This document shows positions 29,719 through 38,638 of a DNA stretch of 64,000 nt, piece after piece. Under the pieces are notes generated by a model. The model worked only from the letters and a program-made list of their open reading frames with translations. It was not told the origin of the DNA and did no database searches. The stretch spans positions 16,134-80,133 of the forward strand of contig JBGANF010000022.1 in the NCBI GenBank assembly GCA_044222475.1, written 5' to 3'. How positions within the stretch are numbered: the stretch's first letter is position 1; each line of letters begins with the position of its first letter. This DNA is from Polyangiaceae bacterium (lineage in GTDB: Bacteria; Myxococcota_A; Polyangia; Polyangiales; Polyangiaceae). The position numbers and the translations under genes are program-made.

Positions 29719-29832
29719 ACCCCGATGCTGCGCTCGCGGGCGATCGAGGACAAGAGCCATCACGTTTGACGGGTCGGCGTCAGCCGAAAGGAGCGCTGAC
29801 TCGACCGACGCGACGATCGATTGATTTCCCAG

Positions 29833-29906
29833 CGCGCCCGGAGGGATTCGAACCCCCGACCCGCGGCTTCGAAGGCCGCTGCTCTATCCAGCTGAGCTAC
29901 AGGCGC
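29833..29906 (-). tRNA. tRNA-Arg, anticodon UCG; CCA not encoded
   Basis: Reverse complement GCGCCTG-TAGCTCAGCTGGATAGAGC-A-GCGGC-CTTCGAA-GCCGC-GGGTC-GGGGG-TTCGAAT-CCCTC-CGGGCGC-G folds as a cloverleaf. Confidence 0.95.
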
Positions 29907-29958
29907 GAGGAGGCCAGACCTACCACGGATCGACGCGCGCGGGGCGTCCGACTGACGG

Positions 29959-30825
29959 TCAAGGCAGCGGGTCGATCGAGTCTGGCTGGATCGTGACGGT
30001 GTCGACGAGCTGCGCCGCCGACGTCCCGTCGAGCGTTCCCCACGCGATCTCGACCGGGAATGCACTCTTGAGTGTCGTCGTGCCCCGCGTCGTGGTGCCA
30101 TTCCATGTCACCTTCGCGTCGCGCCGGCCGTTCGTGCTGCCGTCGAGCCCAGCTTGGACCCAATCGATCAGAACCTTGTTCGCAGCGCCGGACGTCTGCA
30201 ACGCATCGGGCTGCACGACGATCTGCGCCGCCGCGCCGTCGCACGCATACGACACCAAGAGCGCACGTTTCAGGATCATCGTGCGCTGGACCTCGCCCCT
30301 CACGGACCTCAGGTTGATCGTGATGTCGCGGGCCGTCGCGGTTCCAGCCACGAACGCCCGGCCCCAGTCCGCGACGGACGCCGAAGACGTCAGGGTGAAC
30401 GTCACCTTGCCGATCTTGGACGGCCCAGGGATCGAGCGGGGGGGCAACTTGGGATCCGCGTTGGCCGTCAGGATCACGTCGATGGTGGTCGGCTCGAACG
30501 CGATCTTCGTGACGTCGCGGCCCAGGTCGGTGTCGAACGTGTTGCTCGTCAACGAGCCGACCACCTGCACGAGCTTCACCTGAGACCACGCTTTCTTGCC
30601 GGCCCTGTACGTCGGCGGTCGCGTGTTCGGATCCCGTACGGCTTCCATGTCGAGGCCCATGCCTGCGACCGACTTGTATGCCTCCGCGGTGGCCGCCCCG
30701 ATCGCCACCTGGAACCCCAAGGGGCTCACTCCGAGGTCACGTATGGTCGCCGCACGCGAGTCCCCTCCGAGGAGCGCGGTGGAGAGAGCTGCCGTCGCGA
30801 GTGCCCAATGATGAAAGCGCATCAT
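29959..30825 (-). CDS. Signal-peptide protein with two nested T4 gp19-like tail-tube domains
   Basis: Manual alignment to the gp19/Afp1 motif order (see findings); the CDS itself is well supported. Confidence 0.65.
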   Translation of the reverse strand: MMRFHHWALATAALSTALLGGDSRAATIRDLGVSPLGFQVAIGAATAEAYKSVAGMGLDMEAVRDPNTRPPTYRAGKKAWSQVKLVQVVGSLTSNTFDTDLGRDVTKIAFEPTTIDVILTANADPKLPPRSIPGPSKIGKVTFTLTSSASVADWGRAFVAGTATARDITINLRSVRGEVQRTMILKRALLVSYACDGAAAQIVVQPDALQTSGAANKVLIDWVQAGLDGSTNGRRDAKVTWNGTTTRGTTTLKSAFPVEIAWGTLDGTSAAQLVDTVTIQPDSIDPLP

Positions 30826-30837
30826 GAAGGCCCCTCA

Positions 30838-30853
30838 AGCATCCACCATGCCA
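30838..30853 (-). promoter_or_regulatory. Putative sigma54 promoter of the tail-tube-like gene
   Basis: Minus strand TGGCATGGTGGATGCT with GG-N10-GC spacing. Confidence 0.6.
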
Positions 30854-30978
30854 CGCGGGCATGTCCGTGCTCCCCGTGTCGCCGGCGCGCAAAGCGCCGC
30901 GCGGCGCGCACGTCCTGCGTCGCCTCGTCGGCGTGCGGGGTTGACGACCGCACCGGCGGTCGCATCTTTCTCTCGGTC

Positions 30979-31395
30979 ATGATCGTCGACTGCAACTCGT
31001 GCCACGCATCGAACCGGCTCCCCGCCGCGCGCCTGGGCGACAAGGCGAAGTGTGCAAAGTGCAAAGAGCCGCTGCTTCCCATCGCGCGGCCGATCGCGCT
31101 GCAGAGCACGGCAGATTTCGACGAGCTGATCCGCAACGCCAAGGCGGACGTCCTCGTCGACTTCTGGGCGGCTTGGTGTGGCCCGTGCCGCATGGTCGCT
31201 CCCGAGCTCGAGAAGGTCGCGAGTCACCGCGTCGGGCGCACCGTGGTCGCCAAGGTCGACACCGAGGCGCTCCCCGATCTCGCCGCGCGCTACGGCATCC
31301 GCAGCATCCCGACGATGATCGTCTTCCGCGGCGGAGCCGAAGCCAAACGCATCAGCGGCGCGATGCCGGCGGCTCAGATCGAGGCGCAGCTCTGA
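30979..31395 (+). CDS. trxC: Thioredoxin 2 (zinc-finger thioredoxin)
   Basis: CNSC..NR..CAKC zinc finger plus WCGPC, IPT. Confidence 0.92.
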   Translation: MIVDCNSCHASNRLPAARLGDKAKCAKCKEPLLPIARPIALQSTADFDELIRNAKADVLVDFWAAWCGPCRMVAPELEKVASHRVGRTVVAKVDTEALPDLAARYGIRSIPTMIVFRGGAEAKRISGAMPAAQIEAQL

Positions 31396-31458
31396 GCCAT
31401 CTGTTTTAGTGGACACGTGTCTGTTTTATGGTAATCCGTTGCCAGAACGGAGAACACC

Positions 31459-32097
31459 ATGACCATCCAGCTCGGCTCGATCGCACCCGATTTCACCCAG
31501 GAGTCCAACGAAGGCACGATCCGCTTCCACGAATGGCTAGGCGATTCGTGGGGGATCCTGTTCTCGCATCCCAAGGACTTCACCCCGGTGTGCACGACCG
31601 AGCTCGGCACGGTGGCCAAGCTCAAGAAGAAGTTCGACGCGCGCCACGTGAAGCCGATCGCGCTCAGCGTCGACGACGTCGAGTCGCACAAGAAGTGGAT
31701 CGTCGACATCGAGGAGACGCAGGACACGAAGCTCAACTACCCGATCCTCGCCGACGGTGATCGGAAGGTCTCGACCCTGTACGGGATGATTCACCCCGAA
31801 GCGGACAACACGCTCACCGTCCGCTCGGTGTTCATCATCGATCCGAAGAAGAAGGTCCGCGCGACGTTCACCTACCCGGCGAGCACCGGCCGCAACTTCG
31901 ACGAGATCCTCCGCCTGATCGACTCGCTCCAGCTCACCGACAGCCACTCGGTCGCGACGCCGGCGAACTGGAAGGACGGTGACGAGGTGGTCATCGTCCC
32001 ATCGCTCCAGGATCCCAAGGTCCTCGCCGAGAAGTTCCCCAAGGGCTTCCGGGCCGTGCGGCCGTACCTCCGCCTGACGCCTCAGCCGAACCGCTGA
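31459..32097 (+). CDS. 1-Cys peroxiredoxin (Prx6 family)
   Basis: FSHPKDFTPVCTTE, YPASTGRNFDE, ATPANW, PYLR. Confidence 0.95.
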   Translation: MTIQLGSIAPDFTQESNEGTIRFHEWLGDSWGILFSHPKDFTPVCTTELGTVAKLKKKFDARHVKPIALSVDDVESHKKWIVDIEETQDTKLNYPILADGDRKVSTLYGMIHPEADNTLTVRSVFIIDPKKKVRATFTYPASTGRNFDEILRLIDSLQLTDSHSVATPANWKDGDEVVIVPSLQDPKVLAEKFPKGFRAVRPYLRLTPQPNR

Positions 32098-32098
32098 C

Positions 32099-32887
32099 TT
32101 GCGCCGAGCCGGCGCTCGGAATAGGTTCCGCGCCGTGCCGTCCCCCTCGCGTCGCCCCGCGCCCATCTCGTCCGTCCCTCCGACGAGCCGCCGCACGCGC
32201 GCGAGCATCGCCGCCCATCCCACCTACGAAGCCACCGAGGTCTTCGGGCACGAGGCGATCGATCGGATCGCCAAGGCGCTCCCGCTCTTCGAGCGCGCCT
32301 ACGCGAACGTCCGGTTCTCGATCCTCCGGCCGAAGCTCCTCAGCGTCATGGACCTCATGCTCGTCGACGAGGGTCGCATCCTCGACGTCGGGTGTGGCTT
32401 CGGCCTCTTCGCGGCCTACTTCGGGCTGACCCAACCGGGCCGCCAGATCACCGGCCTCGATCCGAACCCGAAGCGCATCGACCTCGCGCGTCACGTCGCC
32501 GATCGCGTCGGTCTGACCCAGCACCGCTTCCTCGCGGCCGACGTACGCGACGTCGAGGTCGAAGGCCCGTTCGACGCGATCTACGTGCTCGACGTGATGC
32601 ACCACATCCCCGCGGACGATCAGCGGGGCGTTTTGGAGCGCCTCTACGATCTCCTCGCCCCGGGCGGGATGCTCCTCATCAAGGACATCACCACCGAGCC
32701 CCATCATCAGCTCGTCTTCACCGAGATGCTCGATCGCCTGATGATCGGGATGAAGGAGCCGCTCGCCTATCGCCACCACCGTGCGTGGGGCGAGCTCTTG
32801 AGCGACATCGGCTTCAAGGTGCGCATCGTCCGCGTGCCGGACGTGCTCCCCTATCCGCATGTGGTGATCGCCGCGACGAAGCGCTGA
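32099..32887 (+). CDS. Class I SAM-dependent methyltransferase
   Basis: ILDVGCGFG, FDAIYVLDVMHH, LAPGG; true start probably downstream. Confidence 0.85.
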   Translation: MRRAGARNRFRAVPSPSRRPAPISSVPPTSRRTRASIAAHPTYEATEVFGHEAIDRIAKALPLFERAYANVRFSILRPKLLSVMDLMLVDEGRILDVGCGFGLFAAYFGLTQPGRQITGLDPNPKRIDLARHVADRVGLTQHRFLAADVRDVEVEGPFDAIYVLDVMHHIPADDQRGVLERLYDLLAPGGMLLIKDITTEPHHQLVFTEMLDRLMIGMKEPLAYRHHRAWGELLSDIGFKVRIVRVPDVLPYPHVVIAATKR

Positions 32888-32907
32888 AAACGTGCGATTC
32901 TAGGGGT

Positions 32908-33897
32908 ATGTCGTCCCGCCTCACCCTGCTTTCGTCGACCTTCGCTTTCGGGCTCGTTCTCGCCGCCTGTAGCGCGGCCCCCACGACGACCCCCAACCCG
33001 AAGATCGGCAAGACCTTTCCGACCGCGGATGCGGCGCCCGTGTACACCGGGACGGCGTTCACCGGCATGCAGATCTACGATCTCGAGGCGAACCTGTACC
33101 TCGACGAGAACGCACTCCTCGAGGCACTCGACGACGACAAGATGGTCTTCATGGGCGAGCAGCACGAGACGGCACCCGTCCAGGAGCTCGAGCTCTGGCT
33201 CCTCACGCGCATGACGAAGCGTCACGACGACATGTCGCTCGGGATGGAGCACTTCCAGCACGACGAGCAGCCCATCATCGACAGCTACCTCGCCGGATCG
33301 ATCTCGACGACGGACTTCGAGGCGACGAGCTCGCCGTGGAAGAACTACGACATCTACTGGAAGCCGCTCGTCGAGCACATGAAGAGCGTCGGGCGCCCGG
33401 TGATCGGGCTCAACGTCCCGGACGAAGCCCTGAGCACGCTGTACGGCGCGTTCCCCAAATCGCCCTTCACCACGTTCAACACCTGGGACACGTCGTCACC
33501 GTACGACGCTTCGATCGCGCCGCGCCCCATCCCCAAGTGGGACGAGACGTACAAGGCCTATTTCGAGACCAACTTCGACTACGCCGCTCACGGCCAGAAG
33601 CTCGGCTTGTCCTATGCCGACGCGCTGATCTACTTCACCGACCTCGCCGTCATCCGTGACGAGACGATGGGCTACTTCTCGTCCACGGCGATTGCCAACG
33701 GCGGGCGCCTCATGGTCGTCGCCGGCGACTGGCACGTCCAGAGCGGTCTCGCCACCCCCGATCGAGCGATGCGCTACGCGGGGAGCGCCGCCAAGACCGA
33801 TCTCGTGACGACCACGCCGAAGGCTCAGCTCGAGGCCGTGAAAGCGAAGACCGTGAGCGGGCGCAAACTCGCCCATTTCGTCTTCGTCTATCAGTGA
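32908..33897 (+). CDS. ChaN family (heme-uptake-related) lipoprotein
   Basis: LAAC lipobox; MGEQH, LGMEHF, QPIIDSYLAG, RDETM, AGDWH. Confidence 0.8.
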   Translation: MSSRLTLLSSTFAFGLVLAACSAAPTTTPNPKIGKTFPTADAAPVYTGTAFTGMQIYDLEANLYLDENALLEALDDDKMVFMGEQHETAPVQELELWLLTRMTKRHDDMSLGMEHFQHDEQPIIDSYLAGSISTTDFEATSSPWKNYDIYWKPLVEHMKSVGRPVIGLNVPDEALSTLYGAFPKSPFTTFNTWDTSSPYDASIAPRPIPKWDETYKAYFETNFDYAAHGQKLGLSYADALIYFTDLAVIRDETMGYFSSTAIANGGRLMVVAGDWHVQSGLATPDRAMRYAGSAAKTDLVTTTPKAQLEAVKAKTVSGRKLAHFVFVYQ

Positions 33898-34748
33898 CGC
33901 CGACCCCCCTCGACGGGGTCACCATCGAGGACGAAGCGTCGTTCCGCCACGTCGCTCTCTATCGCTCGTTGAAGCAGGTCGTTCGCGACAGCTCCTACCG
34001 ATTCCGCGTCCTTCCTCGCACTGCATCGCCGCGCTGGGACCGTGCGCTGTTCCTGAACCTCACCTTCTGGTCCGCGAGCGGCGATGGAGACGTCTTGGTC
34101 GCAGCCCGGCTCCCGGCGGACGTCGTCACCCACGTCGCCTGGCATCACCTCGCCGCGAAGCAGCTCGCGACCGCACATGGCGCGCTCTCCACCGACGCGC
34201 TGTTTCTCGGCGAAGCGATCGCGAGCGCGTTCGATCTCTACCTCGTCGGCAGACTGCTCGGGCGCGCTCCGAGGTCGTCCTTTCTCGCGACGCAAGTCTC
34301 GGCGATGGCGGAGTCCGCGAGCGCGGCAGGCATGTCGTCCGCGGGGTTCGCGGCGTTGCTCGCGGACGTGGCTCGCGATCCCGATGGAGCGTTCGAGGAC
34401 CTGCGCGCGCTCCTCTTCGACGCGACGACGGCGCTGCTCCGCTGTCGCTCGGTCGAGCAGGCGTCTCGCGTCCTCGCTCGTCACGACGAGCACCGCTTCG
34501 CCGCGCTCCTCCATCACTACGAGCTCTCGAACTGGGTTCTGTACGCACGCGCTCACGCGCCGGGCGGGGCGCGTGACCGCCGCGTCCGCTCCATCGATCG
34601 CAGCCTCCGTCGAGCCGACGTCGCGCTCGACTGGTTGGTGACGCGGTGGCTCAGCGAGTCCGCTGGACCAGGTGCACCCCGAACACCGTCTCGACCACCG
34701 TCACGTCGTATGGATCGAGCGCGAACACCGCGTCCTCGAAGGCCTTGA
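33894..34748 (+). CDS. Hypothetical protein
   Basis: GTGA overlap with the ChaN gene; HVAWHH...GEAIASAFD. Confidence 0.7.
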   Translation: MTPTPLDGVTIEDEASFRHVALYRSLKQVVRDSSYRFRVLPRTASPRWDRALFLNLTFWSASGDGDVLVAARLPADVVTHVAWHHLAAKQLATAHGALSTDALFLGEAIASAFDLYLVGRLLGRAPRSSFLATQVSAMAESASAAGMSSAGFAALLADVARDPDGAFEDLRALLFDATTALLRCRSVEQASRVLARHDEHRFAALLHHYELSNWVLYARAHAPGGARDRRVRSIDRSLRRADVALDWLVTRWLSESAGPGAPRTPSRPPSRRMDRARTPRPRRP

Positions 34749-35163
34749 CCATCTGACCACGCGGGATCGGTCCGAGGTCACCGCCCATGCGAGCCGTCCC
34801 GGGATCCTCGGAGTAGAGCTTCGCGAGATCGGCGAAGTCTTCGCCGGCTGCGAGACGCTTCTTCACCTCGTCGATGACGGCGTGTGCTTGGCGGAGCGTG
34901 CGCTTCTTGCCGTTCGGGAAATCACCGACGCGGACGAGGATGTGACGCGCGCTCACGGTGCGCGGCTCCGCGGGAGCGGAAGCGGACGCCGAAGCGGAAG
35001 CGGAAGCGGAAGCGGAAGCGGAAGCGGAAACGGAAGCCGAAGCGGAAACGGAAGCCGAAGCGGAAGCGGGGGCGGCTGCCGTCGGAGCGAGCTCCGCGTG
35101 CGCGCACGACGCCGCGACGGGCAACGCGATCACGCACGTCAAGATCGCTCGACGTATGGTCAT
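34651..35163 (-). CDS. Parvulin (PpiC-type) peptidyl-prolyl isomerase lipoprotein
   Basis: SARHILV, FADLAKLYSED, GGDLG, MVKAFEDAVF, ETVFGVHLV. Confidence 0.92.
   Translation of the reverse strand: MTIRRAILTCVIALPVAASCAHAELAPTAAAPASASASVSASASVSASASASASASASASASAPAEPRTVSARHILVRVGDFPNGKKRTLRQAHAVIDEVKKRLAAGEDFADLAKLYSEDPGTARMGGDLGPIPRGQMVKAFEDAVFALDPYDVTVVETVFGVHLVQRTR
34976..35067. repeat. Imperfect (GCGGAA)n hexamer tandem repeat encoding an Ala-Ser linker
   Basis: Directly visible; in frame within the PPIase gene. Confidence 0.9.
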
Positions 35164-35361
35164 GCCACGTCACTCTACCGTGCCGCGCAAAACCGGGGCC
35201 ATGACGCGACGCAAAATCGGCGTGACATGCGACGAAAAGGGGGTGACGGAATTCCGACGCACCTTAGGTTCTCCTGCGTAAGGGGCTTCGCGGAACGAAG
35301 AAGCAAAAGGCGTCGGCATTACATCCCGTAGTTTCCGACGCGCGTTCCGACGAAGAGGGCC

Positions 35362-36138
35362 ATGACGGTTCTCCAGTTCCTATTTGCATGGGCCAACGCG
35401 CCGTTCTCGGTCGCGGCTGGCATCGCGGTCGTGTTTGCGATCCTCCAGGCGTCGGGTGTCATGGGACTCCTGGCGGGTGGCGATCACGATGCCGACGGCG
35501 ATGCCGACGTGGACGCGGACGCGGACGCGGACGTCGACGGTGACGTCGACGCAGACGCAGATGTCGATGCGGATGCGGAGGCGGATGCCGACGGCGACCA
35601 CGAAGCCGAGACGGATCAAGATCACGAAGCCGATGGTTCACGCGGCTTCGGGTTCTCGTTCCTCGGCGCGATGGGCGTGGGGAAGGTCCCTTTCTCCATC
35701 CTCTGGCAGAGCTACGCGTTCGCGTTCGCGATCACGGGGCTCTCGCTCAACGCGCACCTCGCGGACACTGGAGCGATTCCGCTCCACACGCTCGCGTGGA
35801 CGCTCCCGATCTCGCTCGTGACGGGCTACGGCGCCGTCGCGGTCCTCTCCCGCGTGCTCGCACCGCTCTTTGCCACGAAGGGGCAAGAAGCGACGAGCCG
35901 CAAGGAGCTCGTCGGTCAGCTCGGCGTGGTCATTTCGTCCTCGGTGACGAAGGACTTCGGCGAGGTGCGCATCAAGGACAAGACGGGGCACGAGGTAAGG
36001 GTGGTGTGCCGCCTCGCGCCTGGTTCGAGCGCTCCCACGGAGCGCGAGAACATCGTCGTCGTCGACTACGACGAGGAGCAGGGCCTCCTCGTCGCACCGC
36101 TCGAAGACGAGAAGGAAGACCGGCGCGCCGCTCCGTGA
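35362..36138 (+). CDS. NfeD-like/YqiJ (DUF1449) OB-fold membrane protein
   Basis: TM helices, Asp/Ala-rich linker, GVGKVPF, C-terminal OB fold; directly upstream of flotillin. Confidence 0.8.
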   Translation: MTVLQFLFAWANAPFSVAAGIAVVFAILQASGVMGLLAGGDHDADGDADVDADADADVDGDVDADADVDADAEADADGDHEAETDQDHEADGSRGFGFSFLGAMGVGKVPFSILWQSYAFAFAITGLSLNAHLADTGAIPLHTLAWTLPISLVTGYGAVAVLSRVLAPLFATKGQEATSRKELVGQLGVVISSSVTKDFGEVRIKDKTGHEVRVVCRLAPGSSAPTERENIVVVDYDEEQGLLVAPLEDEKEDRRAAP

Positions 36139-36233
36139 TCACGGAGTGAAGCGCGAGCTCGGAGCATGGCGACCTCGCCATGCACAGGAAACGTTTGTCT
36201 CTGCAACGCAACATCTTGAAGGAGAAATGAATC

Positions 36234-38099
36234 ATGGGTTCCGTCGACACGAACACGATTGTCATCGGTGGCTCGGTGGTGGGTGGCGTCGCGCTGCTCC
36301 TCACGTTGTTCACCGTCCTCTCGCGCTTCTACCGGCGCTGCGGCGCCGACGAGGCGCTCGTACGCACCGGCGCCGGCGGCAACAAAGTCGTCATCGGCGG
36401 CGGTGTACTGGTCTACCCGATCCTGCACCAGCTTCTTCGCGTCTCCCTCCGGAGCGTGAAGCTCAGCGTGGAGCGGAGCGGGAAGAACGCGCTCGTGACC
36501 GCCGACAAGATCAAGGCGAACGTCACGACGGAGCTCTACATCAAGGTGGAGCCTCTGGCAGAAGACGTGCTGGCCGCGGCGCGCTCGTTCGGTGAGCGCA
36601 ACCTCGACGAGCACGCCATCGCCGACCTCATCGAGGGCAAGCTCACCGACGCGCTTCGCAGCGTGTCGGCGAACCAGACCTTCATGGCTCTCCACGCGAA
36701 CCGCAAGCAGTTCGCGGAGCGAATCCAGGAAGTCCTCGCCGAGGAGCTCAAGAAGAACGGTCTCACGCTCGAGAACGTCAGCATCACCGGTTTCGCGATG
36801 GTGCCGGTCAAGGATCTCGACCCGCAGGACGTGTTCGACGCGGAAGGTCTCCGCGCGATCACCGAGAGCGTGCAGACGAACCGCGAGATGACGAACAAGA
36901 TCCAGCGCGAGAAGGAGAACCTCATTCAAGCGCAGAACGTCACTGCGCGGATGAAGCAGCTCGAGCTCGACCAAGCGCAGAAGCAGGCCGAGGCGGATCA
37001 AGGTCGAAAGGTGTCCGAGTATTCGGCGGCCCAGTCGGCGGAGACGGCCAAGGCGGTCTATGCGCAGGAGCAGATGCGTGAGCTCGCAGGTCTCGACAAG
37101 CAGCGGATGGTCGAGACGGCGCGCATCGAGCAGGAGAAGGCCGTGGCCGTCGCCCTCGCGGCGAAGCAACGAGCCGAGCGTGAAGCGCTCATCGAGGCGG
37201 AGAAGGGTCAGCAGGCGGCGGAAATCGCCAAGCGCAAGATCATCGAGGCGGCGAACATCGACAAGGAGAAGGTCGTGCAAGCTGCCGAGATCGACCGCCA
37301 GAAGGCGCTCGAAGCGGCGACGATCGAGAAGGAGAAGGTCGTCGAGGTGTCGCGGATCGGCAAGCAGATTGCCGTGACGCAGAGCGAAGAAGAGAAGGCT
37401 CGCGCAGAGGCGGCGAAGGCGATTGCCCTCGCCGAGGAAGAGCGCGCCAAGCAGGAGATCACGACCGTGGAAGTCACCGCACAAGCGAACCGGGAGAAGG
37501 CAGTTGCCGTCATCCAGGCCGAGGCCGAGGCGTCGCGCAAGCGCATCGAGGCCGAGGCGCGGGTCGTCCAAGCGGAGCGAGACGCGGAAGTGGCTCGTCT
37601 CACTGCGGAAGCGATTCTTCGCCGGGGCGAGGCGGAAGCCCTCGCTCAGAAGAAGAAGGTCGAGGCAGAGAACGCGGTGTCGTCTCGCGTGGTCATGCGC
37701 GAGCTGATGCTCAAGGCTCTGTCGGTTGCTCCGGAGGTCGCACGGGAGCTCATGGCTCCGGCCAAGGCGATCACCGAGATCAAGGTGCTTCAGACCGGTG
37801 GCATGAACGGCAACGGCAGCAACGGTGCGGCTGGTGGCGTCATGTCGCCCATCCTGAAGACGATCATGGAAGCCGGCGCGGCGTATCCCCTCATGAAGGA
37901 GATGATGTCGTTCGCGCAGGTGGACGACAAGAAGCTCGGCGCGAAGGTCTCTGGCCTTCTCGGTGAGCTCGGGACGGAGCTCGAGTCGGCGGTGAAGCCC
38001 GAAGCGGATGGTCCGGTGACCAGCCGCCCCGCGGCTCTCGCCACCGACGAGCTCATCGAGGTGAAGGAGAACGTCAGTGAGCCTCACGCGGCGGAGTGA
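36234..38099 (+). CDS. Flotillin/SPFH domain protein (YqiK-like)
   Basis: N-terminal TM, EALVRTGAGG, DALRSV, FDAEGL, long EA/EK coiled coil, ITEIKVL. Confidence 0.9.
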   Translation: MGSVDTNTIVIGGSVVGGVALLLTLFTVLSRFYRRCGADEALVRTGAGGNKVVIGGGVLVYPILHQLLRVSLRSVKLSVERSGKNALVTADKIKANVTTELYIKVEPLAEDVLAAARSFGERNLDEHAIADLIEGKLTDALRSVSANQTFMALHANRKQFAERIQEVLAEELKKNGLTLENVSITGFAMVPVKDLDPQDVFDAEGLRAITESVQTNREMTNKIQREKENLIQAQNVTARMKQLELDQAQKQAEADQGRKVSEYSAAQSAETAKAVYAQEQMRELAGLDKQRMVETARIEQEKAVAVALAAKQRAEREALIEAEKGQQAAEIAKRKIIEAANIDKEKVVQAAEIDRQKALEAATIEKEKVVEVSRIGKQIAVTQSEEEKARAEAAKAIALAEEERAKQEITTVEVTAQANREKAVAVIQAEAEASRKRIEAEARVVQAERDAEVARLTAEAILRRGEAEALAQKKKVEAENAVSSRVVMRELMLKALSVAPEVARELMAPAKAITEIKVLQTGGMNGNGSNGAAGGVMSPILKTIMEAGAAYPLMKEMMSFAQVDDKKLGAKVSGLLGELGTELESAVKPEADGPVTSRPAALATDELIEVKENVSEPHAAE

Positions 38100-38148
38100 A
38101 CCGGGCCGCATCGACCAAACCGCACTCCTCGCTCTGGTAGCGGGGAGT

Positions 38149-38562
38149 GTGGTGCAGTCGAGCAGCCTCAGCGACTTCATGTCTCTCAAGAAGTCGCTGC
38201 GCGAGGCGGTGAAGAAGGACCCGCTCGATGCTCTCATCGTGACGGTGTTGGGCGGGTCCTTCCTCTTCTACCTCGCGGAGAAGGACGACAATCCCAAGGT
38301 GAAGACGCCGTGGGATGCGCTGGTGTACGTCTCCACCTGCCTCAGCGTCGGCTACGCCGACATCTTCGCCCGCACGCCGGCGGGCAAGGCGATCGCCACG
38401 GCGATCATGACGGTGGGTCCGGCGCTCGCTGCGAAGGCGCTCGATCCGGCGGCGGACGAGCTCCCCGAGGACCTCGGTCCGAAGGCCCTCGCGGTGCAGG
38501 AGGCGATGGTGACGAAGCTGGATGCGATCTTGGGAGTGCTCGAGAAGCAGAAGGCGGCCTGA
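38149..38562 (+). CDS. 2-TM KcsA-like ion channel domain protein, atypical filter
   Basis: FYLAE..NP..KTPWDALVY..TCLSVGYADIFARTPAGK. Confidence 0.8.
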   Translation: MVQSSSLSDFMSLKKSLREAVKKDPLDALIVTVLGGSFLFYLAEKDDNPKVKTPWDALVYVSTCLSVGYADIFARTPAGKAIATAIMTVGPALAAKALDPAADELPEDLGPKALAVQEAMVTKLDAILGVLEKQKAA

Positions 38563-38578
38563 GGAGACTCGGGTGAGC

Positions 38579-38616
38579 AACGCCCCCGCGGTGACGAGAG
38601 TCGCTGCGGGGGCGTT
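38579..38616 (+). terminator. GC-rich stem-loop, probable terminator
   Basis: AACGCCCCCGCGGTGAC-GAGA-GTCGCTGCGGGGGCGTT just after the channel stop; weak U-tract. Confidence 0.65.
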
Positions 38617-38638
38617 CTCGATTTGGAAGGAGGGTGTG

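Noticed and set aside
29260..29906. Integrative element at the tRNA-Arg 3' end
   Set aside because: No integrase and no duplicated tRNA 3' end noticed; only one small ORF with slightly atypical composition
29959..30825. Prophage or complete eCIS/T6SS locus
   Set aside because: No sheath, baseplate, spike, capsid or terminase genes nearby; flanks are a tRNA and trxC
34976..35600. Hexamer repeats as phase-variation or CRISPR-like elements
   Set aside because: In-frame low-complexity linkers (Ala-Ser, Asp-Ala); unit length 6 cannot shift the frame
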